Shown in pieces: positions 37,517-47,528 of a stretch of 64,000 nt of DNA. Position numbers and translations under genes: made by a program. The stretch's first letter is position 1. Each line of letters starts with the position of its first letter. The notes beneath the pieces are model-generated. The model saw only the letters and a list, made by a program, of their open reading frames with translations, was not told the origin of the DNA and did no database searches. The DNA is taken from positions 16,953 to 80,952 of the forward strand of contig JAKANQ010000002.1 of NCBI GenBank assembly GCA_021812365.1. The letters run 5' to 3'. Origin of the DNA: a bacterium (GTDB lineage: Bacteria > Patescibacteriota > Minisyncoccia > UBA6257 > GWB1-50-10).

Positions 37517-37956
37517 CAGCGCTCTGACTAGGAGCTTTCTGCTGTTGAGGTCTTGAGGAACCGTGCCGCCGATTTCTCGGACGGGTTAGGTTCTGCCTTT
37601 CGGCTATTCAGTTGTGGTTTTATATTACCTCAGAAAGTGTATAATGAAAATGTTCTTTAAATCAGAGTGTCATCAAGGGAATTAATTTTCTAGCAGTCTG
37701 ACCCCGACTTAGAGCGGGCGCAATATTTCGCAATTCCTTTAAACGCAAAGACCCCAGCGTTTAAGGGATTAGTCTACCCAAACGCTGAGCAGCGTTTTTT
37801 TGTTGTTTTGCGAAAATGCTCACGCTTGAGGAGTGTAGAAAACTAGACCCAATATTTCAGGAAATGGCCGACGCACAGCTTTTAGAGTTGTTGGCGACTT
37901 TGTGTGCACTGGTCGATAGTGTTTTAGATAATGAATTGGACTAAAATAAAACCACT

Positions 37957-39525
37957 ATGAAGCAGAAGGCTCTAATTTACTGTCGCGTATCTTCCGAGAG
38001 GCAAAAAAATGAAGGCCACGGACTTGATGGTCAAGAGCATCGCTGCCGGGAATATGCGAGAAGCAAAGAATATGAAGTTGAGGAAGTGTTTCGGGATAGT
38101 TTTACTGGAGGGGGCGATTTTATGAAGCGTCCGGCTATGCGAGAGTTGCTTAATTATGTCGACAAGAATAGCCATAAAGAATACGTTGTAATTTTTGACG
38201 ATCTCAAGCGCTTTGCCCGAGACACAATCTTCCATTGGAATTTGCGACGCGAATTTCGTGCGCGCGGACTAAAACCAGAATGCCTCAATTTTAATTTTGA
38301 TGATAGCCCGGAAGGAGCTTTTGTGGAAACGGTTTTTGCCGCACAAGGTCAATTAGAACGAGAGCAAAATAAACGTCAGGTGATACAAAAACAAAAAGCC
38401 AGACTAGAAAGGGGCTATTGGCCGTTTTATCACCCGCCGGGTTATAGAGCCATCAACAATCCGATACACGGCAAACTCCTTGCGCCCGTCCAACCGGAGG
38501 CGAAGATAATCAAACAAGCTTTTGAGGGTTTTGCGTCTAACAGATTTCAGGAGCAGGTTGATGTCCAAAAATTTTTAACCCAGGAAGGTTTTGGTGGTGG
38601 ACGAAAAATATATTTGGGAATGGTGGGCAAATTATTACGGAGGGCAATTTATGCTGGCTACATAGAATATCCCGATTGGGAAGTTGAGAGGAGGGAGGGG
38701 CATCACGAGCCATTGATAAGCAAAGAAGTTTTTGCAAGGGTTCAGGAAAAGCTTTCTGGCAAGTTAAAAACTTTTTCCAGGCGCGATACTCGAGAAGATT
38801 TTGCGCTCAGGGGGTTTGTTTTATGTCCGGAGTGTTCGCAGCCATTTACCGCTTCTTGGACTACGAAAAAGCGAAAAAATTACAGAATTGGCTATTATCG
38901 CTGCAAGACGGCTGGATGCTCTCTAAAAAATAAAAATATAAACAAAACAGTTATCGATAAGCAGTTTGAAGAGCTGCTTTCGGGGATCAAGCCAAAATCG
39001 GCAATATTAAAACTAACTCAGGCAATATTTATAAAAGCTTGGAATGACCGAGTGTCCACGGCTGAAATCCGTAAAAGTGCAACGGCGAAGGAGTTGGAGG
39101 TTGTGGAAGGTGAAATAGCAGCATTGGCGCGCAGGGCAGCCAAAACGGGCAGTGAAGAGGCTCTGGGGGCTTATGAGAGGGAGATTGAGGCTCTCGGAAA
39201 GAAGGCCGCCTCTTTGCGGGAAAAGCTGGGAGGATTAGAAAAGCCAAAAATAAATTTTGAAACCGCCTTAAATATGGTTTTTGAATTTATCAAAAATCCC
39301 CACAATAAGTGGGTTAATGGAGATTTGGCAACAAAACGCCTACTCTTAAAAGTTGTTTTTGAGAGCAAGATTAGATACAGCAAAGAAAATGGATTTGAAA
39401 CCGCCAATTTAGCCCTTCCCTTAAGGGTTTTTGAGCATTTTGCGGTTTCTAAATACGCAGGTGTGGAGATGACCGGAGTTGAACCGGTGTCCAAGATACT
39501 TCCCATAGACCGTCTACAAGCTTAG
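37957..39525 (+). mobile_element. Large serine recombinase (phage-integrase type); 3' end reads through the tmRNA gene
   Basis: Resolvase catalytic N-terminus MKQKALIYCRVSSERQ. Recombinase domain. Zinc ribbon CPECSQPF...YRCKTAGCSL. Coiled-coil region. The last ~20 codons are encoded by the ssrA 3' tRNA-like domain on the opposite strand. Confidence 0.8.
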
Positions 39526-39801
39526 TCCTCTTATAGAGAGCGAATTGATTCTAATTTTAACGATTGCATACGAACCTGCTCTGTAATCGCGATTTTCAAA
39601 TATTACACCAGCGAACCCCTATGAAACCTCGGGGACTGATGCCTCACTCTTAAAGAGTGAGGAACACCATTCATTACGCAAATGCGAATGAAGGCGCTGC
39701 AACACGAGTGTTGTCAGTTACATTTTTTTGATCCTTTAACGAAGTGATCGTTTCGGCCTGCAAATCTATGAGTGGGTATATTGTCAAAGCCCAACATCCC
39801 C
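39464..39801 (-). ncRNA. ssrA: tmRNA (SsrA)
   Basis: 5' GGGGATGTTGGGCTTTGACA... 3' ...GGACACCGGTTCAACTCCGGTCATCTCCA closely parallels E. coli GGGGCUGAUUCUGGAUUCGAC... / ...GGACGCGGGUUCAACUCCCGCCAGCUCCA. 5' and 3' ends pair as an acceptor stem. Multiple internal hairpins. Immediately downstream of smpB. Confidence 0.75.
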
Positions 39802-39810
39802 GTTGTTAAT

Positions 39811-40248
39811 TTACGAGACAGCCCTTCGGATCTCGCGCTCCACCTCCCGTTTCTTTATCGTTTCGCGCTTGTCGGCCTTCTTTTTGCCGCGTCCCAATCC
39901 GAGTTCTATCTTCACAAACCCGCGCTTATTATACGATTTTAGTGGCACAATTGTCAACCCTTCATTCAGTTTTCCAAGGAGATGGTTTATCTCTTTGCGC
40001 GTCAAAAGAAGTCTGCGCGTGCGCATAGGATCGTAATTGTCGGGCGCGTTCTTCACCTGAAAGGGATGAATCGTTGAGCCGACAAGGTATGCTTCGTTGC
40101 CCCGAATGACCGCGTGGCTTCCGGACAGATCAAAACGACCCATTTTCACGGATTTTGCCTCGTGCCCCAGAAGTTCGATTCCCGCGACGAACGTCTCGAG
40201 AATCTCATAATCAAAAGTAGCCTTTTTGTTTACGGAATACGGTTCCAT
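39811..40248 (-). CDS. smpB: SsrA-binding protein SmpB
   Basis: ...KKATFDYEILETFVAGIELLGHEAKSVK...YLVGSTIHPF... canonical SmpB. C-terminal basic tail. Confidence 0.85.
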   Translation of the reverse strand: MEPYSVNKKATFDYEILETFVAGIELLGHEAKSVKMGRFDLSGSHAVIRGNEAYLVGSTIHPFQVKNAPDNYDPMRTRRLLLTRKEINHLLGKLNEGLTIVPLKSYNKRGFVKIELGLGRGKKKADKRETIKKREVEREIRRAVS

Positions 40249-40346
40249 ACGTACTTAAGGTAACACTTTCTTGGTTGGCATAAAAGTCGCATAGTCCTTC
40301 ATCGCCGCGCTTCCGTATTTGCCGCGTGTCTGCTTTAATATGAGAT

Positions 40347-41930
40347 ATGCGAGAAAAGATACTCATCGCCCTCAAGAAGCGCATTCCCGAAGATGTGCGC
40401 GTTGATGTTTCCATTGCGGAAAATAAAGCATTCGGGCATTACAGCAGCAATGTTTCATTTAAACTTGCGAAAATAAGGAATAAAGCGCCTCGCGAGATTG
40501 CGGAAGGACTCTCTCTCTCGCTCTCAAACGAAAAAGAATTTGAGAAGGTTGAGGTTGCGGGCGGCGGATTTTTGAATTTCAGACTTTCACAAAAGGTTCT
40601 TGCACATGAACTCAAGGATATTTTGAAAAAAGCTGATGCATACGGTTCGAAAAAACTGTCGAAAGCAAAACAGAAAAAGATTCAGGTTGAATATATCTCC
40701 GCAAATCCCACGGGACCGCTCACACTCGCGAACGGACGAGGTGGGTTTTTAGGAGATGCGATAGCGAACGTACTCGCAGCGGCGGGGCACAAGGTTGAGC
40801 GAGAATATTATGTGAATGATACCGGAAATCAGGTGCGTACCCTTGGCCTCTCTCTTATCGCCTCGGCGGGATTCATTCCTTTTGAAGAGACCTTCTACAA
40901 GGGGGAGTATGTGAAGGATTGGGCGCTTGCCAACAAGACAACGGTGAAGAAGTTCAAGGATAACCCTGAACATTTAGGCGGTTTGGCGGCAAACCATTTT
41001 TTGAAACTCATTAAAACGGCCATAGAAAAAAAGGCTGGAATTCATTTTGACAGGTATACCTCGGAAAAAAATGATGTGCACGGCAAGAAGTTCATTGAGA
41101 AAGCGCTCGAGCTGTTCAAAGAGCTCGGGGTGTCGTATGAAAAAGATGGCGCGTTGTGGCTTAAGACGACCGATTATGGCGATGATAAAGATAGGGTACT
41201 TGTGACAAGCGAGAAGACGCCGACATATTTCCTTGCCGACGCAGGGCATTATTTCGAGACGAAGGTGAGAGGATTTGATGAGAAGATCCTTATTTTGGGC
41301 CCCGACCACTATGGATATGTCAGTCGTATTCAGGCGGCGGCAACGATAGTCGGGCTTCCAAGTTCAAAGGTCATCATCACGCAGGCCGTCCGTCTTATAC
41401 GGGGAGGAAAGGAGGCGAAGATGTCGAAGCGAAAAGGATTATTCGTCACGTTTCAGGAATTAATTGAGGACGTTTCACCGGATGCCGCACGTTTCTTTTT
41501 CCTTATGATATCGCCCGACACGCATATGGATTTTGATCTTGACCTTGCAAAGGAAAAATCACTCAAAAATCCGGTATTTTATGCGCAGTATGCATACGTG
41601 CGCGCAGTAAGCATCATTAAAAAGACAAAAATTAAAAAAGGAAAGGAAGACCTTTCACTGTTGGGGAGCGGGGAGGACATCCACCTTATGCTAAAACTTT
41701 CCGAATTTCCTGAAATTCTTGAAGACGCGGCTGGGGATTATGCGATACATCGCATAACAAAGTACATACTTGAGCTTTCCAAGGCATTCCATAATTTCTA
41801 TGAGAAGGAACGAGTGGGTGGTGTGGATGATGAGCTTGTCCGCGCGCGCCTCGCATTGGTGGGTGCGACCGCGGTCGTATTGAAAAACGCGCTCGGTGTG
41901 CTCGGAGTGTCAACACCAAAGAAGATGTAA
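40347..41930 (+). CDS. argS: Arginyl-tRNA synthetase
   Basis: VEYISANPTGPLTLANGRGGFLGDAIANVL (ArgRS catalytic core with a degenerate HIGH). C-terminal DALR anticodon-binding domain. Confidence 0.85.
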   Translation: MREKILIALKKRIPEDVRVDVSIAENKAFGHYSSNVSFKLAKIRNKAPREIAEGLSLSLSNEKEFEKVEVAGGGFLNFRLSQKVLAHELKDILKKADAYGSKKLSKAKQKKIQVEYISANPTGPLTLANGRGGFLGDAIANVLAAAGHKVEREYYVNDTGNQVRTLGLSLIASAGFIPFEETFYKGEYVKDWALANKTTVKKFKDNPEHLGGLAANHFLKLIKTAIEKKAGIHFDRYTSEKNDVHGKKFIEKALELFKELGVSYEKDGALWLKTTDYGDDKDRVLVTSEKTPTYFLADAGHYFETKVRGFDEKILILGPDHYGYVSRIQAAATIVGLPSSKVIITQAVRLIRGGKEAKMSKRKGLFVTFQELIEDVSPDAARFFFLMISPDTHMDFDLDLAKEKSLKNPVFYAQYAYVRAVSIIKKTKIKKGKEDLSLLGSGEDIHLMLKLSEFPEILEDAAGDYAIHRITKYILELSKAFHNFYEKERVGGVDDELVRARLALVGATAVVLKNALGVLGVSTPKKM

Positions 41931-41960
41931 AAAAGAATCCCCGGATGGGGATTCTTTTTT
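41930..41960. terminator. Bidirectional rho-independent terminator
   Basis: aaaaagaatccccggatggggattctttttt. Confidence 0.65.
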
Positions 41961-42342
41961 ATTTTTCCAAGACCTCTTTTACCTTGCTTATTACATCTTC
42001 TATCTTCCAATCCGCTTTCACGAGGTAGAACACGGGTTCTGTTTCCACGACTTCCCGCATTATCTTATCATCAGGATTCAAATTGGTAAGGATGATGACG
42101 GGGACCGATTTACCCCAGTCTCCGCTTTTACGGAGTTCATCAAGCATCGTCATACCACTCATTCTAGGCATGATGATATCGAGAAGGATGAGGTCGGGTT
42201 TCTCTTGGAGTGCTATCACAAGCCCCTCTTCACCATCTTTTGCTTCAAGTGCTTTCATGCCCTCATGCCGGAGTTTTTCTACGAGGGCCATTCGTACAGG
42301 AGCATGGTCTTCGATGACGAGGATTGTTTTGGTGGTTTGCAT
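41959..42342 (-). CDS. Stand-alone response-regulator receiver (CheY-like)
   Basis: ILVIEDH...LILLDIIMPRMSGM...VPVIILT. Receiver Asp pocket. No output domain. Confidence 0.8.
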   Translation of the reverse strand: MQTTKTILVIEDHAPVRMALVEKLRHEGMKALEAKDGEEGLVIALQEKPDLILLDIIMPRMSGMTMLDELRKSGDWGKSVPVIILTNLNPDDKIMREVVETEPVFYLVKADWKIEDVISKVKEVLEK

Positions 42343-42386
42343 AGTTTCGCAATTAGCTATTGTGTTTATTATATCATTTTGATCTC

Positions 42387-45338
42387 CTATGTCGAAAGAG
42401 TGAGTGTTTTACTTCCTTCCCTTGCCTCCATTCCAGAGAGTGGAATGGTTACATAGAACGTGGTGCCCTCATTTTCTTTTGAAGTAAATCGAATTGTTCC
42501 GCCGCTGTTATCCATGATGGATTTCACGATATAGAGGCCTAATCCGGTTCCGTCAGTTTTTGTCTCTATCGCGTTATCGGCTCTGAAGAGTTTGCCGAAT
42601 ATTTTTGGTTGCGAGGCCTTTGGAATCCCAATTCCGTTATCGGAAACGGAGAAAAGAAATTCGTTTCCATCTTTTTTCAGTTCTACGTGGACCAGCCCGT
42701 TTTCCTTCGTGTATTCTATCGCGTTTGCAATGAGATTTTGGAATACTATTTTCACAAGATTTTTGTCGGCATTTATGAGGGGAATATCTTTTCCAAATGA
42801 CGTAGTAAGCATTATGCGCCTTTTTATAGTGAGCGGTTCCAGTTCTTTCAGTGTTATTCTACATATCTCAACAAGGTCAGACGGTTCCGGCTCAATGGAG
42901 AAGGTACCTAGTTCGATGCGGGACACGCTGAGGAGCGCGTTCACAAGCGACACGAGGCGTCGGCCTCCATTATGAATCTCCTCAATATATTGTTTTTGTT
43001 TTTCAGTTATTGTCCCCGCGTCTCCTCCAAGAAGCATTTCGGCATACCACGTAATGGTAGTAAGGGGCGTGCGAAGTTGGTGAGAGGCAAGTGACACGAA
43101 TTCCGTTTTCGCGCGGTCTATCGCTTTTTCTTTGGTGATATCTCGCTCAATTGCCACAAAGAATTGTACGTTACTTCTTTCATCAAGAATGGGGGATATA
43201 TCAATGAGGGCCACGTATTCTTCCCCATTCTTCCTCTTGTTGCGAATCTCACCGGTGAATAATTTCTTTTGGTTTTTAATTCTGTCCCACATATTCTTGT
43301 AGAATATCTTTGGCATAAGCCCTCCCCATATCTTCCCTGCTTTTTGTCCAAGCATCTCTTCTATTGAATATCCTGTTATTTTTTCGGCGGCTTTATTCGC
43401 ATACTGCACTACGCCTTCCGGATCGGTGATGATGATGTGGTCTGAGGCTGATTCAACCGCAAGTTTGAATTTTTGCAGTTCGAAATAGTTATTGCGTAAT
43501 GTCTCTTCGCCGCGCTTTTGGATGGTTATGTCTTGGACTAGTGCTTGAAGATATGGGCGGTCGGCAACCTCAAATCTGTTTAGGGAAACCTCCGCATCAA
43601 ATAGCGTGCCGTCCTTTCGAAGGTGTTTCCAGTAAAAACGTTGTGGATGTCCTGCGAGCGCCGCATTGATGAATGCCCTTGCCATTGTTGCGGAGTCTTC
43701 GCCGTTTGGTTGCTTGGTTGGACTGAACTCTTGCGGCGTGTGGCCTATTATGTCCTCCATTTTTTCACTTTTGAACATTGATAGAGCCATTTTGTTGCAT
43801 TCGATGAAGATATTGCCATCCATTATAAATATCGCATCGTTGGCTCCCTCAAAAAGCGTGTGGTATCGATTTTCCGCCTTCTCAAGGTTATTCGCATATT
43901 CTTTCAGTATTGTCTCCGTTTTTTTTCTTTCAGTGATATCACGAAGAATCAATTGAACCCCAACGATCTTATTGTTCTCGTGTATTGCCGCGGCATTCGC
44001 TTCTATGGTGAGCAGATTTCCCGATCTTTGCTTTATTTCCAATTCAAATGCGCTTCCTTTTTGTCCTCCAAGAACATTTGCGAACTCTTCCAGTGCTTTG
44101 TGGTTGAATATGTCGGAAAGCGCTCCGATTTTGGTAAAATGTTTCCCTCTCACTTCCTCAAGGGGGTAGCCGAACAGCGCAATAGCGGCTTCGTTTGCGG
44201 AAATGAATGAACCGTTTGTATCAAGGGTGATAATCGCATCCGGTGCTGTTTCGATGAGGCGCCGCTCGGTCTCACTCAGTTTTTTTGCAAGGTCTTCCGC
44301 GAGCCCCCTTGCGCGCGATTCCGAGTGCTTAAGCGTGTGGTAGATGCCAATGAGGAGAATGCCGGAAAAAATGATCGCAACGGCCGCAAGCGGTGGAATA
44401 TATCTTTGAAACAGCGTTATATTTTTATCTGATGGTTCTGTAATGCGCAGCGTCCAATTGATGCCATTGAATTTGAACGGCGTGATTTCCTCAAAGATGC
44501 TTTTCTGATTTCCATTCGTCTTACCGAAATAGTATATGAGATTTTTATCGGTAAGTTCGGTGTTTTGCGTGGTGTCATAAAAACCAACACTCACGTCTTC
44601 AGATGGTTTGGTATATTTGGTGAGGACAAGATCAAAGAGCTGTTTTATGTTCACTTCCATTGACACCAATCCCGCAATTGCCGCTCTTCGTTCATCTATA
44701 GTGGAGACAAGCATCCCGTTTCTATAGATAGGAAGATAAATAAATAGGTATGGGGCACCCCCTTCATAAAAACCGGGCGCTATGGTGAATTCGCCCGTAT
44801 CTCTTGCTTTTTCTATCGCGGCTCGCATATTTGCATTGGTAAATTCATCAAGACCAAAATATCTGCTGATATTTTCCTGCGGCTCCATGTAATTTACCAC
44901 ATAGTATTCCTCACGATCTCCCGCGGGAGAGATGGTGAAGTTCGGAAATCCTTTTGGATTGGTTGAGGTGTCTTTGCGTACGGAATCAATGAATAATACC
45001 CTCTCTTTCCCCTTAACCCGTTGGATATACATGAAGCCATTGGTGGCGGGAAAAAGGTCCGAAGAGCGTGACCCTTGTATGAAGTTTGACCATTCGTTTC
45101 GTTCCACGGATTTACTTGCGGCAAAGAGGCCGTGAAGCCCCTGAAGGGATTTCAGGTATCCTGAGAGCCCCGCTTCTCCAAGGATATCGTCGTGTACGCC
45201 CCTTGCCTCATTTTTAAAGTAAGCCTCTGCTTCATTGTAGATATATGAACGAGTGGAAAAATAAATAAAAACGCCCATCGCAACGATTGTGAATACGAGC
45301 GCAAAACTCAGGACTATTGTGGTATATTTGCGAATCAT
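42387..45338 (-). CDS. Large sensor histidine kinase (TM, periplasmic sensor, about 3 PAS/PAC, HisKA, HATPase_c)
   Basis: H-box SLASHQLRTPLTTI. N and G boxes ...DNGIGIPKASQPKIFGKLFRADNA...GTGLGLYIVKSIM. Repeated PAS-like segments. N-terminal TM and a second TM after about 300 aa. Confidence 0.8.
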   Translation of the reverse strand: MIRKYTTIVLSFALVFTIVAMGVFIYFSTRSYIYNEAEAYFKNEARGVHDDILGEAGLSGYLKSLQGLHGLFAASKSVERNEWSNFIQGSRSSDLFPATNGFMYIQRVKGKERVLFIDSVRKDTSTNPKGFPNFTISPAGDREEYYVVNYMEPQENISRYFGLDEFTNANMRAAIEKARDTGEFTIAPGFYEGGAPYLFIYLPIYRNGMLVSTIDERRAAIAGLVSMEVNIKQLFDLVLTKYTKPSEDVSVGFYDTTQNTELTDKNLIYYFGKTNGNQKSIFEEITPFKFNGINWTLRITEPSDKNITLFQRYIPPLAAVAIIFSGILLIGIYHTLKHSESRARGLAEDLAKKLSETERRLIETAPDAIITLDTNGSFISANEAAIALFGYPLEEVRGKHFTKIGALSDIFNHKALEEFANVLGGQKGSAFELEIKQRSGNLLTIEANAAAIHENNKIVGVQLILRDITERKKTETILKEYANNLEKAENRYHTLFEGANDAIFIMDGNIFIECNKMALSMFKSEKMEDIIGHTPQEFSPTKQPNGEDSATMARAFINAALAGHPQRFYWKHLRKDGTLFDAEVSLNRFEVADRPYLQALVQDITIQKRGEETLRNNYFELQKFKLAVESASDHIIITDPEGVVQYANKAAEKITGYSIEEMLGQKAGKIWGGLMPKIFYKNMWDRIKNQKKLFTGEIRNKRKNGEEYVALIDISPILDERSNVQFFVAIERDITKEKAIDRAKTEFVSLASHQLRTPLTTITWYAEMLLGGDAGTITEKQKQYIEEIHNGGRRLVSLVNALLSVSRIELGTFSIEPEPSDLVEICRITLKELEPLTIKRRIMLTTSFGKDIPLINADKNLVKIVFQNLIANAIEYTKENGLVHVELKKDGNEFLFSVSDNGIGIPKASQPKIFGKLFRADNAIETKTDGTGLGLYIVKSIMDNSGGTIRFTSKENEGTTFYVTIPLSGMEAREGSKTLTLST

Positions 45339-45375
45339 CGGAAGAGTGTGGGGGGCCTCCGGTTTTTCCGAAGAG

Positions 45376-45741
45376 CTATGAGATGCGGGCAGCCTCTATC
45401 TTCTCTACGATTTCGTTGATGGGGTGCTGTGATTTCACAAAATAATCTTTTGCTCCGAGTGCGAATGCCTTCTTAATGTTCTCGTCCTCCCCAAGATTTG
45501 AGAGAACGATGACGGGGACCATTCCAAGTTCAGGATCCGCTTTTAAATCTTTCAATACGGAAAACCCGTCTTTTTTAGGAAGAATAAGATCCAAGAGAAC
45601 CAATTCCGGTTTATATGCGTGGGCAAGAGCAATCGCCGCTTCGCCGTCTTTTGCCACTTTTGTCTCAAATCCAGACTTATCCAGTTTTTCTTTGAGTACG
45701 AACGCAAGGGATTCCTCATCTTCAACAATTAAAATTTTCAT
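45376..45741 (-). CDS. Stand-alone response-regulator receiver (CheY-like)
   Basis: MKILIVEDEESLAF...LVLLDLILPKKDGFSVL...VPVIVLSNLGEDEN... Confidence 0.8.
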   Translation of the reverse strand: MKILIVEDEESLAFVLKEKLDKSGFETKVAKDGEAAIALAHAYKPELVLLDLILPKKDGFSVLKDLKADPELGMVPVIVLSNLGEDENIKKAFALGAKDYFVKSQHPINEIVEKIEAARIS

Positions 45742-45793
45742 GGCTTATGTATCTTGCCTTTATTGTAGCACAGCTATTTTCGAGCGTCATTGC

Positions 45794-47512
45794 CTATTTA
45801 TCTATCTCCGAGATGTTTGAGGTGATATATTTTTCAGCTCTTTCAATGGAACTCACGGCACGTCTTAGCAGGAATTCGAGGGTTGTCATCTCCTCTGGTG
45901 TGAGTTTCTTGTCCCCGAACGCTTCTATGGCTTTTGCAAGATCTGTCTTTGTGGTTTTGAATGCGTTTACCACGTCGCGCTGGGCGATAAGTACGCGTAA
46001 CGCGCGCCGTTTTTTTAGATTGGCATTAAGGAGATATCCCCCTGAAAAACTAAACACGAGAATTGCGATGAGGAACCAAATAAGCTCCGTTTGTGTTATA
46101 GAGAGTCCGAAAAGTGAGAGAACTGGTCTTTCTTTTACGGATATTGTCGGGGTATCGATTGGTATGCTTTGAGCTCCACGCGTATCGCTCGCGATTACGC
46201 GAACCATGTATGTTCCACTTCCAAGCGCTTTATCGAATGTGGCTGACCACGCGCCACCCGCGTCCACGTCTACAGTTTTATCAGCCAGGATATTTCCCGC
46301 ATTATTTTTGAGTGCGAGAAGTATTTTTGAGTTTGGAATTGCTGTTCCGCTCAGTCCTACCCTTCCTTCATTTGCGTACACATCTCTTGTTACCGTTGAA
46401 ATTGAGGGGGGTGCTATCGGGGTGATGGTGATATCGGCTGTTCCTTCGGTGATGTTACCACCCGCATCTTGAGCATCGATGCGTATGTGATGCGTTCCCG
46501 GGGTTTGGGGAGGAAGCCTGTATGATGTGCTTGTGGCTACCGCTATTTCGTTGCCGTCCACTAAAATATGATATTCGACAGTACTTAATGAATCCCCGCT
46601 CTCATAGGTAAGGATGGGGGAGGGATTATCGGTTGATGTTCCGAAGTCCTCCTTGATGGTGAAGGGGAGTGGCGGAACGGTATCAATCGCGAGACGGTAG
46701 TGGCTTATCGGACCCCAGCCGACATTATTCTTAAATTGAACATGAAGATACCACACGCCATCACTGAGCGCGGGGAATGTCTTGTTATCGAAGAGCCCTT
46801 CCGATCTCTGGGGGATACCCCTCGGATCTTTATTGATGAGCGTTGCAACCTCGCTTACGTCATTTGGAAGCGGCCATTGTGCGGTAAAATCAGAGGAAAG
46901 GTTGTACCATTTTTGTTGGTCCGGATAGAGGGATACTGAGATAATTGGTGCCGCGGGAAGTTTTGCGGCCACGACCGGCGGACGAGTGATTTGAGTCGGT
47001 TGTGGAGCTATTGTGGTTATTTCTCCCGTGGCCGCACTCGTGATATTCACACCCTTCGTCGCCCTCATCACATTAGTTCCACTTCCATCACTTGCGGTTA
47101 TCGCGCCGTCGGTAAAGGTGATGGTTGAACTACCGACTCCTTTCACTTTAAACACAACTCTGAATACCTCAAGAGAGGAACCGGTGAATCCATTGGATGA
47201 GCCACCAAGAAACGTTATTTTTCCCGCGTCATTCGAAAAGGTTGGCGCCTGGAGCCAAAAATTGAATACCGAATTGCTCGTATCCGTTTTTGATATTGAG
47301 AGCACGTTCGGAGAAAAGGAAATCGTGCCTTGTGCCGCATTCACTCCAACGCCTTCGGTATCCATTTTTATGTCCGCGGTAAATTCCTGACCTATTGGAA
47401 AAGCTTGTTTGTCCAGCGAGATGGAAAACGTCGCGGCGTGCGCAAAGATAGGGAGGGCCGCGAAGGCAATGCTCGCGAGAAGTACTCGTATTTTATGCAT
47501 GGAAGAAGTCAT
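45794..47512 (-). CDS. Cell-surface anchoring protein: signal peptide, cohesin-like domain, Ig-like domains, C-terminal TM anchor and cytoplasmic tail
   Basis: Signal peptide MTSSMHKIRVLLASIAFAALPIFAHA. Residues about 27-150 (ATFSISLDKQAFPIGQEFTADIKMDTEGVGVNAAQGTISFSPNVLSI...GKITFLGGSS...SLEVFRVVFKVKGVGSSTITFTDGAI) follow the cohesin beta-sandwich sequence pattern. TM helix LIWFLIAILVFSFSGGYLL near the C-terminus. Confidence 0.6.
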   Translation of the reverse strand: MTSSMHKIRVLLASIAFAALPIFAHAATFSISLDKQAFPIGQEFTADIKMDTEGVGVNAAQGTISFSPNVLSISKTDTSNSVFNFWLQAPTFSNDAGKITFLGGSSNGFTGSSLEVFRVVFKVKGVGSSTITFTDGAITASDGSGTNVMRATKGVNITSAATGEITTIAPQPTQITRPPVVAAKLPAAPIISVSLYPDQQKWYNLSSDFTAQWPLPNDVSEVATLINKDPRGIPQRSEGLFDNKTFPALSDGVWYLHVQFKNNVGWGPISHYRLAIDTVPPLPFTIKEDFGTSTDNPSPILTYESGDSLSTVEYHILVDGNEIAVATSTSYRLPPQTPGTHHIRIDAQDAGGNITEGTADITITPIAPPSISTVTRDVYANEGRVGLSGTAIPNSKILLALKNNAGNILADKTVDVDAGGAWSATFDKALGSGTYMVRVIASDTRGAQSIPIDTPTISVKERPVLSLFGLSITQTELIWFLIAILVFSFSGGYLLNANLKKRRALRVLIAQRDVVNAFKTTKTDLAKAIEAFGDKKLTPEEMTTLEFLLRRAVSSIERAEKYITSNISEIDK

Positions 47513-47528
47513 TGATTTTATTATACAT

